Of a stretch of DNA of 64,000 nucleotides, positions 54,640 through 62,678 are shown one piece after another. A program made the translations under genes and the position numbers. The notes below the pieces were generated by a model, which was not told the DNA's origin, made no database searches, and saw nothing but the letters and a program-made list of their open reading frames with translations. Location of the stretch: assembly GCA_023245355.1 (NCBI GenBank), contig JAHFKN010000004.1, positions 25,309-89,308 of the forward strand. Reading direction: 5' to 3'. The DNA comes from Candidatus Gottesmanbacteria bacterium (lineage in GTDB: Bacteria; Patescibacteriota; Microgenomatia; UBA10105; UBA927). Every line of letters starts with the position of its first letter. The stretch's first letter is position 1.

Positions 54640-54758
54640 ACCCCTACAACATCAGGTGGTCTCTTATTACTATGATGAAGTTACGTGCGTAGTGTCAATA
54701 GTCCACTTTCGGGTATTGACAAATATAAAATTTCTCTCCAAACTAAAACGTAGAGAGT

Positions 54759-54974
54759 ATGAAGAAAAAACACATCTCCCACCGCAAACATCATGTCGTA
54801 CGCGCATCGTCACATGCTCCCAAAGAAGGATATTTGGTTGTTGTACGAAGCTGGATGTTACTGGTTATGTTTGCTCTTATGCTGGGACTCGGAGCGGTCG
54901 TCGGAACGTATCTCAATACCCAATCAGCGGCCAATACTCCGGCGGTAGCAGGGGTCCAGGCAGAAGCGAAATAA
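54759..54974 (+). CDS. Small single-TM protein (71 aa), divergent from the giant gene
   Basis: A -35-like TTGACA at 54714-54719 lies upstream. A His/Lys-rich N-terminus is followed by one TM helix (WMLLVMFALMLGLGAVVGTYL). An intrinsic terminator follows immediately. The tRNA terminator would explain the hairpin on its own, so confidence is modest. Confidence 0.35.
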   Translation: MKKKHISHRKHHVVRASSHAPKEGYLVVVRSWMLLVMFALMLGLGAVVGTYLNTQSAANTPAVAGVQAEAK

Positions 54975-54997
54975 TCGTTACGAGTGGTTTTTACCAA

Positions 54998-55023
54998 AAA
55001 GAAGCCCGGAGGCTTCTTTTTTT
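54998..55023. terminator. Bidirectional rho-independent terminator (stem aaaGAAGCC / GGCTTCttt, loop cgga, flanked by A-run and T-run)
   Basis: Perfect 9-bp stem with T7 on the plus strand and A/T-run symmetry. It sits 2 nt past the 3' end of the tRNA pair (minus strand) and 24 nt after the small plus-strand ORF. Confidence 0.65.
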
Positions 55024-55024
55024 G

Positions 55025-55095
55025 TGGACCCGAGGGGAATCGAACCCCTTTTTGAACTATGCCATAGTTCCGTACTACCGGTATACGACGGGCCC
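55025..55095 (-). tRNA. tRNA-Ala (anticodon GGC)
   Basis: Hand-folded. Acceptor GGGCCCG/CGGGTCC with the G3:U70 Ala identity pair, anticodon stem GAACT/AGTTC, loop ATGGCAT, T-arm AGGGG-TTCGATT-CCCCT. No encoded CCA. Confidence 0.8.
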
Positions 55096-55102
55096 TGACA
55101 AG

Positions 55103-55175
55103 TGGACCTGACCGGAGTCGAACCGGTGATCTCCGCAATGCGAATGCGGCGCTCTACCAACTAAGCTACAGGCCC
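55103..55175 (-). tRNA. tRNA-Ala (anticodon CGC)
   Basis: Hand-folded. GGGCCTG acceptor with G3:U70, D-arm GCTTAGTTGGTAGAGC, anticodon stem CCGCA/TGCGG, loop TTCGCAT, T-arm CCGGTTCGACTCCGG. 7 nt from the neighbouring tRNA. Confidence 0.85.
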
Positions 55176-55229
55176 CCGTACACTTCTGAAATTATACCAA
55201 TCCGCACGCGGAAATACTATCCGCACGGA

Positions 55230-56315
55230 CTATTTCAAAAACGAAGTTGGATTGACAGGGGTGCCGTTTTTCCGGACTTCGAAATGCAGATGCGTGCCGG
55301 TTGACCGGCCGGTCGAACCCATTTTGCCGATTACCTGGCCCCGGCTCACCGTGTCCCCCGCCTTCACATACACTTCTGTCATATGAGCGTAGAGCGTTGA
55401 CAATCCGCCGCCGTTATCGATGATTGCGTGCCTGCCATAGCCGTAATTTAAATACTGAACCGATATCACTGTTCCGTCCCCGGCAGCTGTAACCGGCGGC
55501 TGACTGGGATTGGCGATATCAAATGCCATGTGATACCACACGGGATATTGCGTGATGACGCCCACAGTCGGCCAGGAAAACTGCCCGCTTCCTCCTGCCG
55601 AAAGCGGCGCTGCTGCAAACTGCCGCGGAGCGATAGGGGCTGCTTCCGGCATAACGCCGTCAGGCACGACGAGTGTCTGTCCGACGGACAGAGCAAACGT
55701 ATCGAGATCCGCAAAATCATTAAACGGAAAGTTTACGATTTTTTGCGCTTCCGTTTTATACTTCTTGGCGATCGAATACACAGTCTCCCCTTCCCGGACT
55801 TTATGCACCATACCGGTAACAGGAGGAATCTTCAGACTTTGCCCTATAGTCAAACTATCTCTTTTAAGATCATTTGCCCACTTAATACTATCAACTGATA
55901 CGCCGAATTTTTGCGCGACGGTTGATAAGGTATCACCGTTTTGTATCTGGTATGTTATGATTTGATCACGTGGTTTTTCTGACACCTGCGTCTGCACGCC
56001 GTATTCAGATAAATCCAGACTCGTGACAACTGCTGACGGCGGTGTAAAGTCAGCAAGCGCCTGATTCTGCGCCCCGGGATACGCGGTTGCCAAAATGGGC
56101 GCCGCAATAATTGCAGCAAGCACCAATACACTTACGGAAAAATGCAGGAACGGACGCTGATACCCCCCTCTTCTTGCCATGAGGATATCAACCAGCACGT
56201 CTTTATTGGTTTCAAACCAGGTGCCGAACCGCCGGAGTTTACGGGAAAGGTAATGATACCAACCCTTCTGCCACAAGCGGAGATCATCCCTGAGTAATTG
56301 CATTCGTTTTCTCAT
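55230..56315 (-). CDS. LysM-domain M23-family metallopeptidase (peptidoglycan endopeptidase), membrane anchored
   Basis: 361 aa. N-terminal TM helix, two LysM-like segments (GDTLSTVAQKFGVSVDSI; GETVYSIAKKYKTEAQKI), and the M23 catalytic signature HMAFD...GSTGRSTGTHLHFEV. Confidence 0.8.
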   Translation of the reverse strand: MRKRMQLLRDDLRLWQKGWYHYLSRKLRRFGTWFETNKDVLVDILMARRGGYQRPFLHFSVSVLVLAAIIAAPILATAYPGAQNQALADFTPPSAVVTSLDLSEYGVQTQVSEKPRDQIITYQIQNGDTLSTVAQKFGVSVDSIKWANDLKRDSLTIGQSLKIPPVTGMVHKVREGETVYSIAKKYKTEAQKIVNFPFNDFADLDTFALSVGQTLVVPDGVMPEAAPIAPRQFAAAPLSAGGSGQFSWPTVGVITQYPVWYHMAFDIANPSQPPVTAAGDGTVISVQYLNYGYGRHAIIDNGGGLSTLYAHMTEVYVKAGDTVSRGQVIGKMGSTGRSTGTHLHFEVRKNGTPVNPTSFLK

Positions 56316-56571
56316 GTTCTAGGAAGCTAGAGTAACACAAAAATACCCCTCAAACAAATACACTCAAACAAGGCGCGGTGAGGACGCGTTTAACCTCCGC
56401 ATTGAAGTATTTTTTGTTATTTTGCTTACCGAGTATTGAGCGTGCGGATGCCCAACCTTCAGTGTTGGGAGGTTCCGCCGCACCAATCGAGGTTAGCAAA
56501 ATCGAAAAAACTTCACGGCGGGGCTTTTCTTTGATTCTTTCTTTGAGCAGACAAAGAAAGAATGAGGTAAA

Positions 56572-58314
56572 TTATCCCTGCGCCAGACTCTGAAGAAATT
56601 CGGCGTTATCTTTCGTTTTGCCCAGCCTGTCGATAAGCATCTGTGTGCGTTCCTCATCAGAAAGCATGCTCAGCATGTGCCGCAACGTCGTCACTTTTTT
56701 CATGGTGTCTTCCCCTAAAAGCAGCTCATCATGCCGGGTTCCGGATTTGCCGACATCAATAGCCGGGAAAATCCTGCGCTCCTGCAGGGAACGTGACAAG
56801 TGCAGCTCCATGTTGCCGGTGCCTTTAAATTCTTCATAAATCAAATCATCCATGCGGCTGCCGGTTTCGACCAGTGCAGTTCCGATAATCGTAAGCGACC
56901 CTCCGTCCGTAATCCGTTTCAACACCGGCTGTTCGCCTTGAGCTTTTTTCACTTCTTCCTCGGGGGTAACAAATGGCTCATTGCACCGTGCCGCTCCCAG
57001 GAATTTCTTTGCAGGATACAGTGCTGCGGGATCAAATCCTCCGGTAAGCGTGCGTCCTGACGGGTTTACCACCAGGTTATATGCGCGGGCAAGCCGGGTA
57101 ATGGAATCGAGCAGAATGACAACGTCATGCCCCATTTCAATCAACCGTTTAGCCCGGTCCAACGCTACTTCAGCTACACGCGTCTGATGTTCCGGTGATT
57201 CGTCGAAATTAGAAGCATACACTTCGCCTTTCACTGACCGGGAAATGTCCGTGACCTCTTCCGGACGTTCTCCTATTAGCACAGCCATAAGATGTACTTC
57301 CGGATAGTTTGCGGAAATGCCGGCTGCCAATTCCTTGAGAATCGTTGTTTTTCCGGCTTTCGGAGGACTCACGACTAATCCCCGTTGACCGAATCCGATC
57401 GGAGAAAGTAAATCGAGTATACGTGTAGACAACGGTGCTACTCCTGTTTCCAGCCGCAATAACTTGTTAGGATATATCGGCACCAGGTCTTCAAACCGCG
57501 GCCGTTTTTCCATTTGCTCAGCCAACAGATCGTTTACTTTTTCTACTTTAAGTAACCCCCAATACCGCTCGTTATCTTTCGGCTGCCTTGCCTGGCCTTC
57601 TACCATATCGCCGTTCCGCAGTAAAAATCTGCGGATTTGGGATTGGGAGATATATACATCGCGTTCACTGGGCGTATATTTCGGCCGCAAAAATCCATGC
57701 CCGTCGGGCATGGTGTCCAAAACGCCGCGCACTGTTTCTGTCGGAACATCGACATCCGGCGTAAACGCAGTACTGCCTGTATTTTCATTGAAATCCCGTC
57801 TCGGAGCCCGGTCAAACCCGGTATCCCGGGCATACCCCTCGTCGCGTCGGTATCCGCTGCCACCGGAAAACCCGCCTGATCCGCGATGAAAGTCCCGTCC
57901 GCCAAACCGGCTATCGCCTCCGCGGTTGAATCCGCCGCGGTTACCCCGGTCAAATCTGCCTCTGCCGCCGCTTCGGAAATCACGGCGTCCGCCGCGGTCA
58001 TTTCCTTGCGCTGGCTGATACCCACGGTCATTTCCCATAGAGGGAGCACGCACGAAAGCCGGCTGATCTGCATTCACGGCCGGTTCAGCAGCAGGTACGG
58101 TTGTACGTGCGCCTTGCGGTGCCCCGACCAAATCTTCAAGACTCAAGCTGGGCGCTGGCTCTTCGGCGGGTTTTACGGCCTCAGGAGCTTCTACAAATTT
58201 CTCCACGGCTGCTTTCGGCTCCGGCATCGGAGCTTCCGCTTTCGGCGTTTTCTCTTCTGTCGCCTTCGTGGATTTTTTTACTGTAGATGGTTTGCGTGTT
58301 GCTTTAAAAGCCAT
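56572..58314 (-). CDS. rho: Transcription termination factor Rho with an N-terminal RGG-rich insertion
   Basis: 580 aa. RecA-like core motifs ([33 protein letters not shown]). OB-fold region. Residues ~93-175 are an R/G/D/F-rich low-complexity insertion. Confidence 0.9.
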   Translation of the reverse strand: MAFKATRKPSTVKKSTKATEEKTPKAEAPMPEPKAAVEKFVEAPEAVKPAEEPAPSLSLEDLVGAPQGARTTVPAAEPAVNADQPAFVRAPSMGNDRGYQPAQGNDRGGRRDFRSGGRGRFDRGNRGGFNRGGDSRFGGRDFHRGSGGFSGGSGYRRDEGYARDTGFDRAPRRDFNENTGSTAFTPDVDVPTETVRGVLDTMPDGHGFLRPKYTPSERDVYISQSQIRRFLLRNGDMVEGQARQPKDNERYWGLLKVEKVNDLLAEQMEKRPRFEDLVPIYPNKLLRLETGVAPLSTRILDLLSPIGFGQRGLVVSPPKAGKTTILKELAAGISANYPEVHLMAVLIGERPEEVTDISRSVKGEVYASNFDESPEHQTRVAEVALDRAKRLIEMGHDVVILLDSITRLARAYNLVVNPSGRTLTGGFDPAALYPAKKFLGAARCNEPFVTPEEEVKKAQGEQPVLKRITDGGSLTIIGTALVETGSRMDDLIYEEFKGTGNMELHLSRSLQERRIFPAIDVGKSGTRHDELLLGEDTMKKVTTLRHMLSMLSDEERTQMLIDRLGKTKDNAEFLQSLAQG

Positions 58315-58497
58315 AGATATATGCGGGGCTCCCGATATTAGTTGGTTGGTTCAATACGTAAGAAAAACATTAAAAATATAAGAAAGATGCCTGGTACAGA
58401 TTCTTGGCTTAGACATTCATGGGAAAAATCTGAAACTACTACTGAGGAGTCGTAATCTTGCCCTATTAAACCAGAAACAGCCTCCCGTTGTCAAGCG

Positions 58498-60708
58498 TTA
58501 ATTTATCCGTTCGTAAATAACCGTCTCGTTCTGCTGATAGGCTACGCGCGAAAATTGTTCAAATTTCCATTCAGCCAGAGAGGTAAACTTCTGCCGCTCA
58601 ATCGAACCCACGACAATAAAGCGTACATGATACACATCAAGAATACGCTTTGTTTCATCGATATCTTCGGATTCGTAAATTTTGCGCACATCTTCACGGC
58701 GCGGAGACACGACATCATAGGAACCCCTCCATAACCATTCATGGACCGCCCATCCTACGACGGTGGGTACCCCGGTAAACACGGAAAACCGTTCATAATC
58801 CGTATAACTGTCTCCGTCTGCTTCCGCTATGACCGATCTATCATGAGGATCATGCTGCTTGAGCCACATGATTGCACTATAGTCATCAGGATATTCCCTC
58901 ATAAGCCAGGTCAGCCCGTATAATCCGTCATAATTCTTAAGCTCCCCGAAATAACTGCGCACGGAAAACGTCGGATAAATAGCGGTCAGAAAGAACTGAA
59001 ATATGACGAGCACCATACACAGTATCCGCACCCATGACCGTTTCATGATGCCGGCTCCCGGCCGCCGCCCGAAAAACAAATGCATGATCGCGTACGCCGA
59101 AACGATGCTCCACATGATAAATGCCTGATATCCGAGCTTAAACATCGTATTTGAGCGGAAATGCTGGGGATATATGTCTTTAAAATAAAAAAATTCAGGG
59201 AATATGATGAGCGCGAAACAAAATACGTAGAACACTACCAGGATTCTTTCGATATGAGTAAATTTAGTATTCCATACTGTCTTTATGTCATACAGGTGTT
59301 TCATTTTATCTATTTTGCTAATCAGCAGTATGCCGCCGCAGAACCAAAAAAATCCCCAGAGAAGCCACATCATCCATAACGGCGACTGCTGGCACTTCTC
59401 CACTCCTTCAAAAAGAATCGGCCCTACCTTGGTATTGGCAAGAAGCGGCAACGGGCAGTTTACCGCAACCCCGTTGACAAACGATTTAAATTGCAGAAGA
59501 AACGGGAGGCTGACTCCCAGTGCCGCTGCCAGGACAACACCTGTCTCTGTCCCCCACTCCTTCCATGAGCCTTTCAGAAACGGGATATGCGTCATGGTGA
59601 GAAGTATCAGGAACAATCCCAAATAAATCGGCCCGTCCAGTGCATTTGTCATAAGCAGCACGCCGACGAGGAACCCGTATACGCCTAGTGCAAACAGGTC
59701 ATGTTTCTTTTTCCGGATATCAACGCGTCCGAATACCGCAATAAGCAGTCCGATGGCAAGCAGCACGAACGGAATGGATAATACGTGACCGTGAATATCG
59801 GAAACGACGAACGAATAACTGGGAAACTCATGAATGGTAAACGGGATAAAGCGCGTTGCGTTAGCGTACCAGTACCGCGCCATCCCCTCGGGAAGTTTCT
59901 CCCAAAATTCGCCCCAACTCCATGCCAGCTTCCAGAACGGCGCGACATCTTCCCCGGTATACCCGCGGGTAAATGCGTAAATTGTCTGCATATTGCCGGC
60001 CAACGTCACCATGAATGCGGTAAGTATGCCGCCGATTACGGAAAACACACGTTTCCCACGGGCAAAAAACGGGGAGGTATACACGAGCTGGTACCCGATG
60101 GAAAAGCTCATGGTAAGACATAAGGCAAAAATAGTGGAAAGCATGAGGTTGAACGTCACGGCCAGATCGAGCCCGGATAATTTCGTAAGGACCGCCGTGA
60201 CCAGATGCCCGAAATAATAGTAATTTACCGGCAATGGCGGATACCACATGTCCGCGGGAGGAAAATACGTGCTGCGTAATGCCGACTGCATGAAGCCATA
60301 ATCCATAAATTTCTCCAAGCCCCGGATGCTCGGTTCATGCGCTTTCACCCATGACCAAAACAGCAGCGCGATAAAAAATACCGCTTCTTCTATGCCGATT
60401 GTTACAAGCGAGCGCCTCCACTCCCCCTTTTCTTTCTCCTCCGGTGCGGCCTGGTGCAGAATAATACCGATACCAAAAACGGCAATAATCGATCCGATGA
60501 CGACAATCTCGGTAAACGGTGCAATATGCGCCGTACCCAGCACGTAGACGATCCAGGTTACGGCTGCCATGCCGACTGCCTTTGCGAAAAAATATCCGGC
60601 GTCATGCCAACGGGAAAATAACCGCTTCGTAAGCGGATATGCAGCGGCGCCCACAAAAAAAAGCGTCCCCCACCATCGTAAAACCATGAAAAAATCAGTG
60701 AGCGGCAT
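58498..60708 (-). CDS. DUF2298 / 'Chlor_Arch_YYY'-family polytopic membrane protein
   Basis: 736 aa with more than 15 TM helices. Conserved loop FPPADMWYPPLPVNYYYFGH containing the family-name YYY motif. Confidence 0.55.
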   Translation of the reverse strand: MPLTDFFMVLRWWGTLFFVGAAAYPLTKRLFSRWHDAGYFFAKAVGMAAVTWIVYVLGTAHIAPFTEIVVIGSIIAVFGIGIILHQAAPEEKEKGEWRRSLVTIGIEEAVFFIALLFWSWVKAHEPSIRGLEKFMDYGFMQSALRSTYFPPADMWYPPLPVNYYYFGHLVTAVLTKLSGLDLAVTFNLMLSTIFALCLTMSFSIGYQLVYTSPFFARGKRVFSVIGGILTAFMVTLAGNMQTIYAFTRGYTGEDVAPFWKLAWSWGEFWEKLPEGMARYWYANATRFIPFTIHEFPSYSFVVSDIHGHVLSIPFVLLAIGLLIAVFGRVDIRKKKHDLFALGVYGFLVGVLLMTNALDGPIYLGLFLILLTMTHIPFLKGSWKEWGTETGVVLAAALGVSLPFLLQFKSFVNGVAVNCPLPLLANTKVGPILFEGVEKCQQSPLWMMWLLWGFFWFCGGILLISKIDKMKHLYDIKTVWNTKFTHIERILVVFYVFCFALIIFPEFFYFKDIYPQHFRSNTMFKLGYQAFIMWSIVSAYAIMHLFFGRRPGAGIMKRSWVRILCMVLVIFQFFLTAIYPTFSVRSYFGELKNYDGLYGLTWLMREYPDDYSAIMWLKQHDPHDRSVIAEADGDSYTDYERFSVFTGVPTVVGWAVHEWLWRGSYDVVSPRREDVRKIYESEDIDETKRILDVYHVRFIVVGSIERQKFTSLAEWKFEQFSRVAYQQNETVIYERIN

Positions 60709-60728
60709 ATATGCGCGGAATTATACCA

Positions 60729-61340
60729 TCAGGCTTTCCCCCGTCCCACAAAAACCTGTTGTGTTTGCTGTTTATGCTCTTGTTTCAGCATGATGGCGTC
60801 AACGGTCAGGGCAACCCTTCGCGCCAGCGGAATACCGATTCGGTGAGCTAGATGCGTAACCGGCCGGAGACCGGTAAATATTCCTCCCATAACTGCACCT
60901 CCTAGCCCGCGTTGTATGTTCGGTCGGATATCTTTCTTGAGTTCCGATACCGCTGTGAGCTGATTTGCACTGTCAACCAATGACGCCCCTTTTTCTGCAC
61001 GCCGTTTTTCGATAAGCCCTCCGACTAACCCTTCTGCCGCGACAACAGTCCCTGCCACTCCCAGCACCATATCACTCATCCCTGCCCACATTTCGGCATT
61101 TTTACTCCAGTCGGCAATATAAGGACGGATGCGATCCATTGCTGCCTGACCTTTTTTTGACGTGATGAGTTTGGAGACCTGCTCGAATGCACCGACGGCA
61201 TCCTCAGTTATGGGAGCAGATTTCATGTACCGGTCATGGAATGAAACTATCCTGTCACGAACCGTCTTCACGACAGGAGGGGGCAATTGCTGTTCATGAC
61301 GAGCGGATTCCATAATATAGTTTGAGTATACGCCACCCAC
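60729..61340 (-). CDS. Hypothetical protein (203 aa), co-directional with and 20 nt upstream of the DUF2298 gene
   Basis: An ORF of operon-compatible geometry. Gly/Ala-rich amphipathic middle. No known motif. Confidence 0.4.
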   Translation of the reverse strand: MGGVYSNYIMESARHEQQLPPPVVKTVRDRIVSFHDRYMKSAPITEDAVGAFEQVSKLITSKKGQAAMDRIRPYIADWSKNAEMWAGMSDMVLGVAGTVVAAEGLVGGLIEKRRAEKGASLVDSANQLTAVSELKKDIRPNIQRGLGGAVMGGIFTGLRPVTHLAHRIGIPLARRVALTVDAIMLKQEHKQQTQQVFVGRGKA

Positions 61341-61386
61341 CCACCGTTACGGAAGATACACGCTCAGGCGTGATACAATTACCCGC

Positions 61387-62670
61387 ATGAATATCGCAAT
61401 TATCGGAGGCGGGTTTACCGGTCTTACGGCTGCATACACGCTTTCCAAACAGGGTCATGCTGTCACCATATTTGAAAAAGAGCCGTATCTGGGAGGACTT
61501 GCATACGGGTTTACCAGACCGGATTGGCAATGGCATATCGAGGCGGCATACCACCATTTATTTACCAATGACCGGGATATTATCTCGCTCATACATGAAT
61601 TGGGGATTTCTGACAGCCTGATTATCAAACGTCCCGTCACGTCTACACTCTGGCAGGATGCCATGTACCAGCTGGATTCTCCCAAACACCTGCTTCTTTT
61701 CCCCGGATTATCGTTTACCGACAAAATACGGACGGCGGCACTGTTAGGATTTTTTAAACTCTTTCCTGTTTGGCGCCTGCTCGAACGCACGACTGCGGAA
61801 CGTATCCTTATATCCGTCGGCGGACGAAGGGCATGGAGTGTTGTATGGGAACCCCTACTCTACGGGAAATTCAGCACGTATGCGCCGAAGGTTTCTGCTT
61901 CGTGGTTTTGGGCCCGCATAGTGAAACGCACACCGTCACTTTGTTATATACGGGGCGGATTTCATACCGCGGTATCAGCTCTGGAGCAGGCAATTATTAC
62001 ACAGCGCGGAGTGATACACACGGCAACTCCCGTCGATGCCATGAAACGGACCGGACATGACAAATACGCCGTACGATGGGGCAAAAATCAGCAGACGTTC
62101 AACGCTGTATTACTGACAGTCCCCACGCCGTTTGCTGCCAACATCGCTCCGATGATTCCTGCTTCCTATATCCGTCCGCTTATGCGTATTCCGCATGTAT
62201 CCGCACAAACGCTTATCGTAGAAACGGACCGGCCGATACTGAAAAACGTGTATTGGCTCAACGTGACGGACCGGTCGTTTCCGTTCCTTGCCGCTGTCGC
62301 CCATACCAATTTTATGGATCCGAAATATTACGGAGGACACCACCTTACCTATTTCGGCAACTATCTTCCCGACGGCCATCCGCTGCTTTCGATGAACAAA
62401 AGCCAAGTACTCAAAACGTTCTTACCGCATATCAAACGGCTTGCTCCAAACGCCCGATACACCATCCGTCATACATATCTTTTTACCGGTCCTTTTGCCC
62501 AGCCGGTACACGAAGTCCGCTATTCCGAAAACATACCGCCTATTGCCACTCCACTCCCCAATCTGTTTATGGCCAATATGGATTATGTCGTCCCGTGGGA
62601 CCGGGGTACCAACTACGCAGTGGAACTTGGGGCTAGAGCAGCAGCGTGTATACTAAAAGAAACAACATAA
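61387..62670 (+). CDS. FAD-dependent oxidoreductase, UDP-galactopyranose mutase (Glf)-like / amine-oxidase fold
   Basis: 427 aa. N-terminal Rossmann IAIIGGGFTGLTAA...IFEKEPYLGGLAYGF. WHIEAAYHHLFTND resembles the Glf 'GpHiFHTn' motif. Confidence 0.5.
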   Translation: MNIAIIGGGFTGLTAAYTLSKQGHAVTIFEKEPYLGGLAYGFTRPDWQWHIEAAYHHLFTNDRDIISLIHELGISDSLIIKRPVTSTLWQDAMYQLDSPKHLLLFPGLSFTDKIRTAALLGFFKLFPVWRLLERTTAERILISVGGRRAWSVVWEPLLYGKFSTYAPKVSASWFWARIVKRTPSLCYIRGGFHTAVSALEQAIITQRGVIHTATPVDAMKRTGHDKYAVRWGKNQQTFNAVLLTVPTPFAANIAPMIPASYIRPLMRIPHVSAQTLIVETDRPILKNVYWLNVTDRSFPFLAAVAHTNFMDPKYYGGHHLTYFGNYLPDGHPLLSMNKSQVLKTFLPHIKRLAPNARYTIRHTYLFTGPFAQPVHEVRYSENIPPIATPLPNLFMANMDYVVPWDRGTNYAVELGARAAACILKETT

Positions 62671-62678
62671 CCTTACGT

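Noticed and set aside
22223-54502. Dozens of 60-190-aa ORFs on the plus strand (and out-of-frame on the minus strand) listed by the track inside 22.1-54.6 kb
   Set aside because: All lie antisense or out of frame within the single 32.5-kb coding frame. Their low-complexity, Arg/Cys/Ser-rich compositions are typical of antisense translation of a coding strand. None has a motif or an independent start context.
22105-54639. Possibility that the giant ORF is an NRPS/PKS megasynthase, an RHS/YD-repeat toxin or a repetitive Ig/cadherin adhesin
   Set aside because: I saw no condensation, KS, AT or PCP (GGHSxG or LGGxS) motifs, no YD dipeptide repeats, and no long tandem beta-domain arrays. The sequence is mostly unique and helix-rich with discrete enzyme-like modules.
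22105-54639. Possibility that the giant ORF is an assembly chimera or a fusion of several genes
   Set aside because: It cannot be excluded without reads. However, the frame is continuous over 10,845 codons, the composition is uniform, and residue counting matched the independent nucleotide anchors exactly across the whole length. This argues against a hidden frameshift.
55180-55229. Direct repeat atccgcacg x2 between tRNA-Ala and the M23 gene, considered as an att site or terminator
   Set aside because: It is a short 9-nt direct repeat (not inverted) with no matching copy elsewhere in the window and no stem-loop potential.
56378-56593. 71-aa plus-strand ORF in the rho / M23 intergenic region
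   Set aside because: It overlaps the rho 3' end and the palindromic element. There is no RBS or motif. The region is more likely to be regulatory or promoter space for the minus-strand M23 gene.
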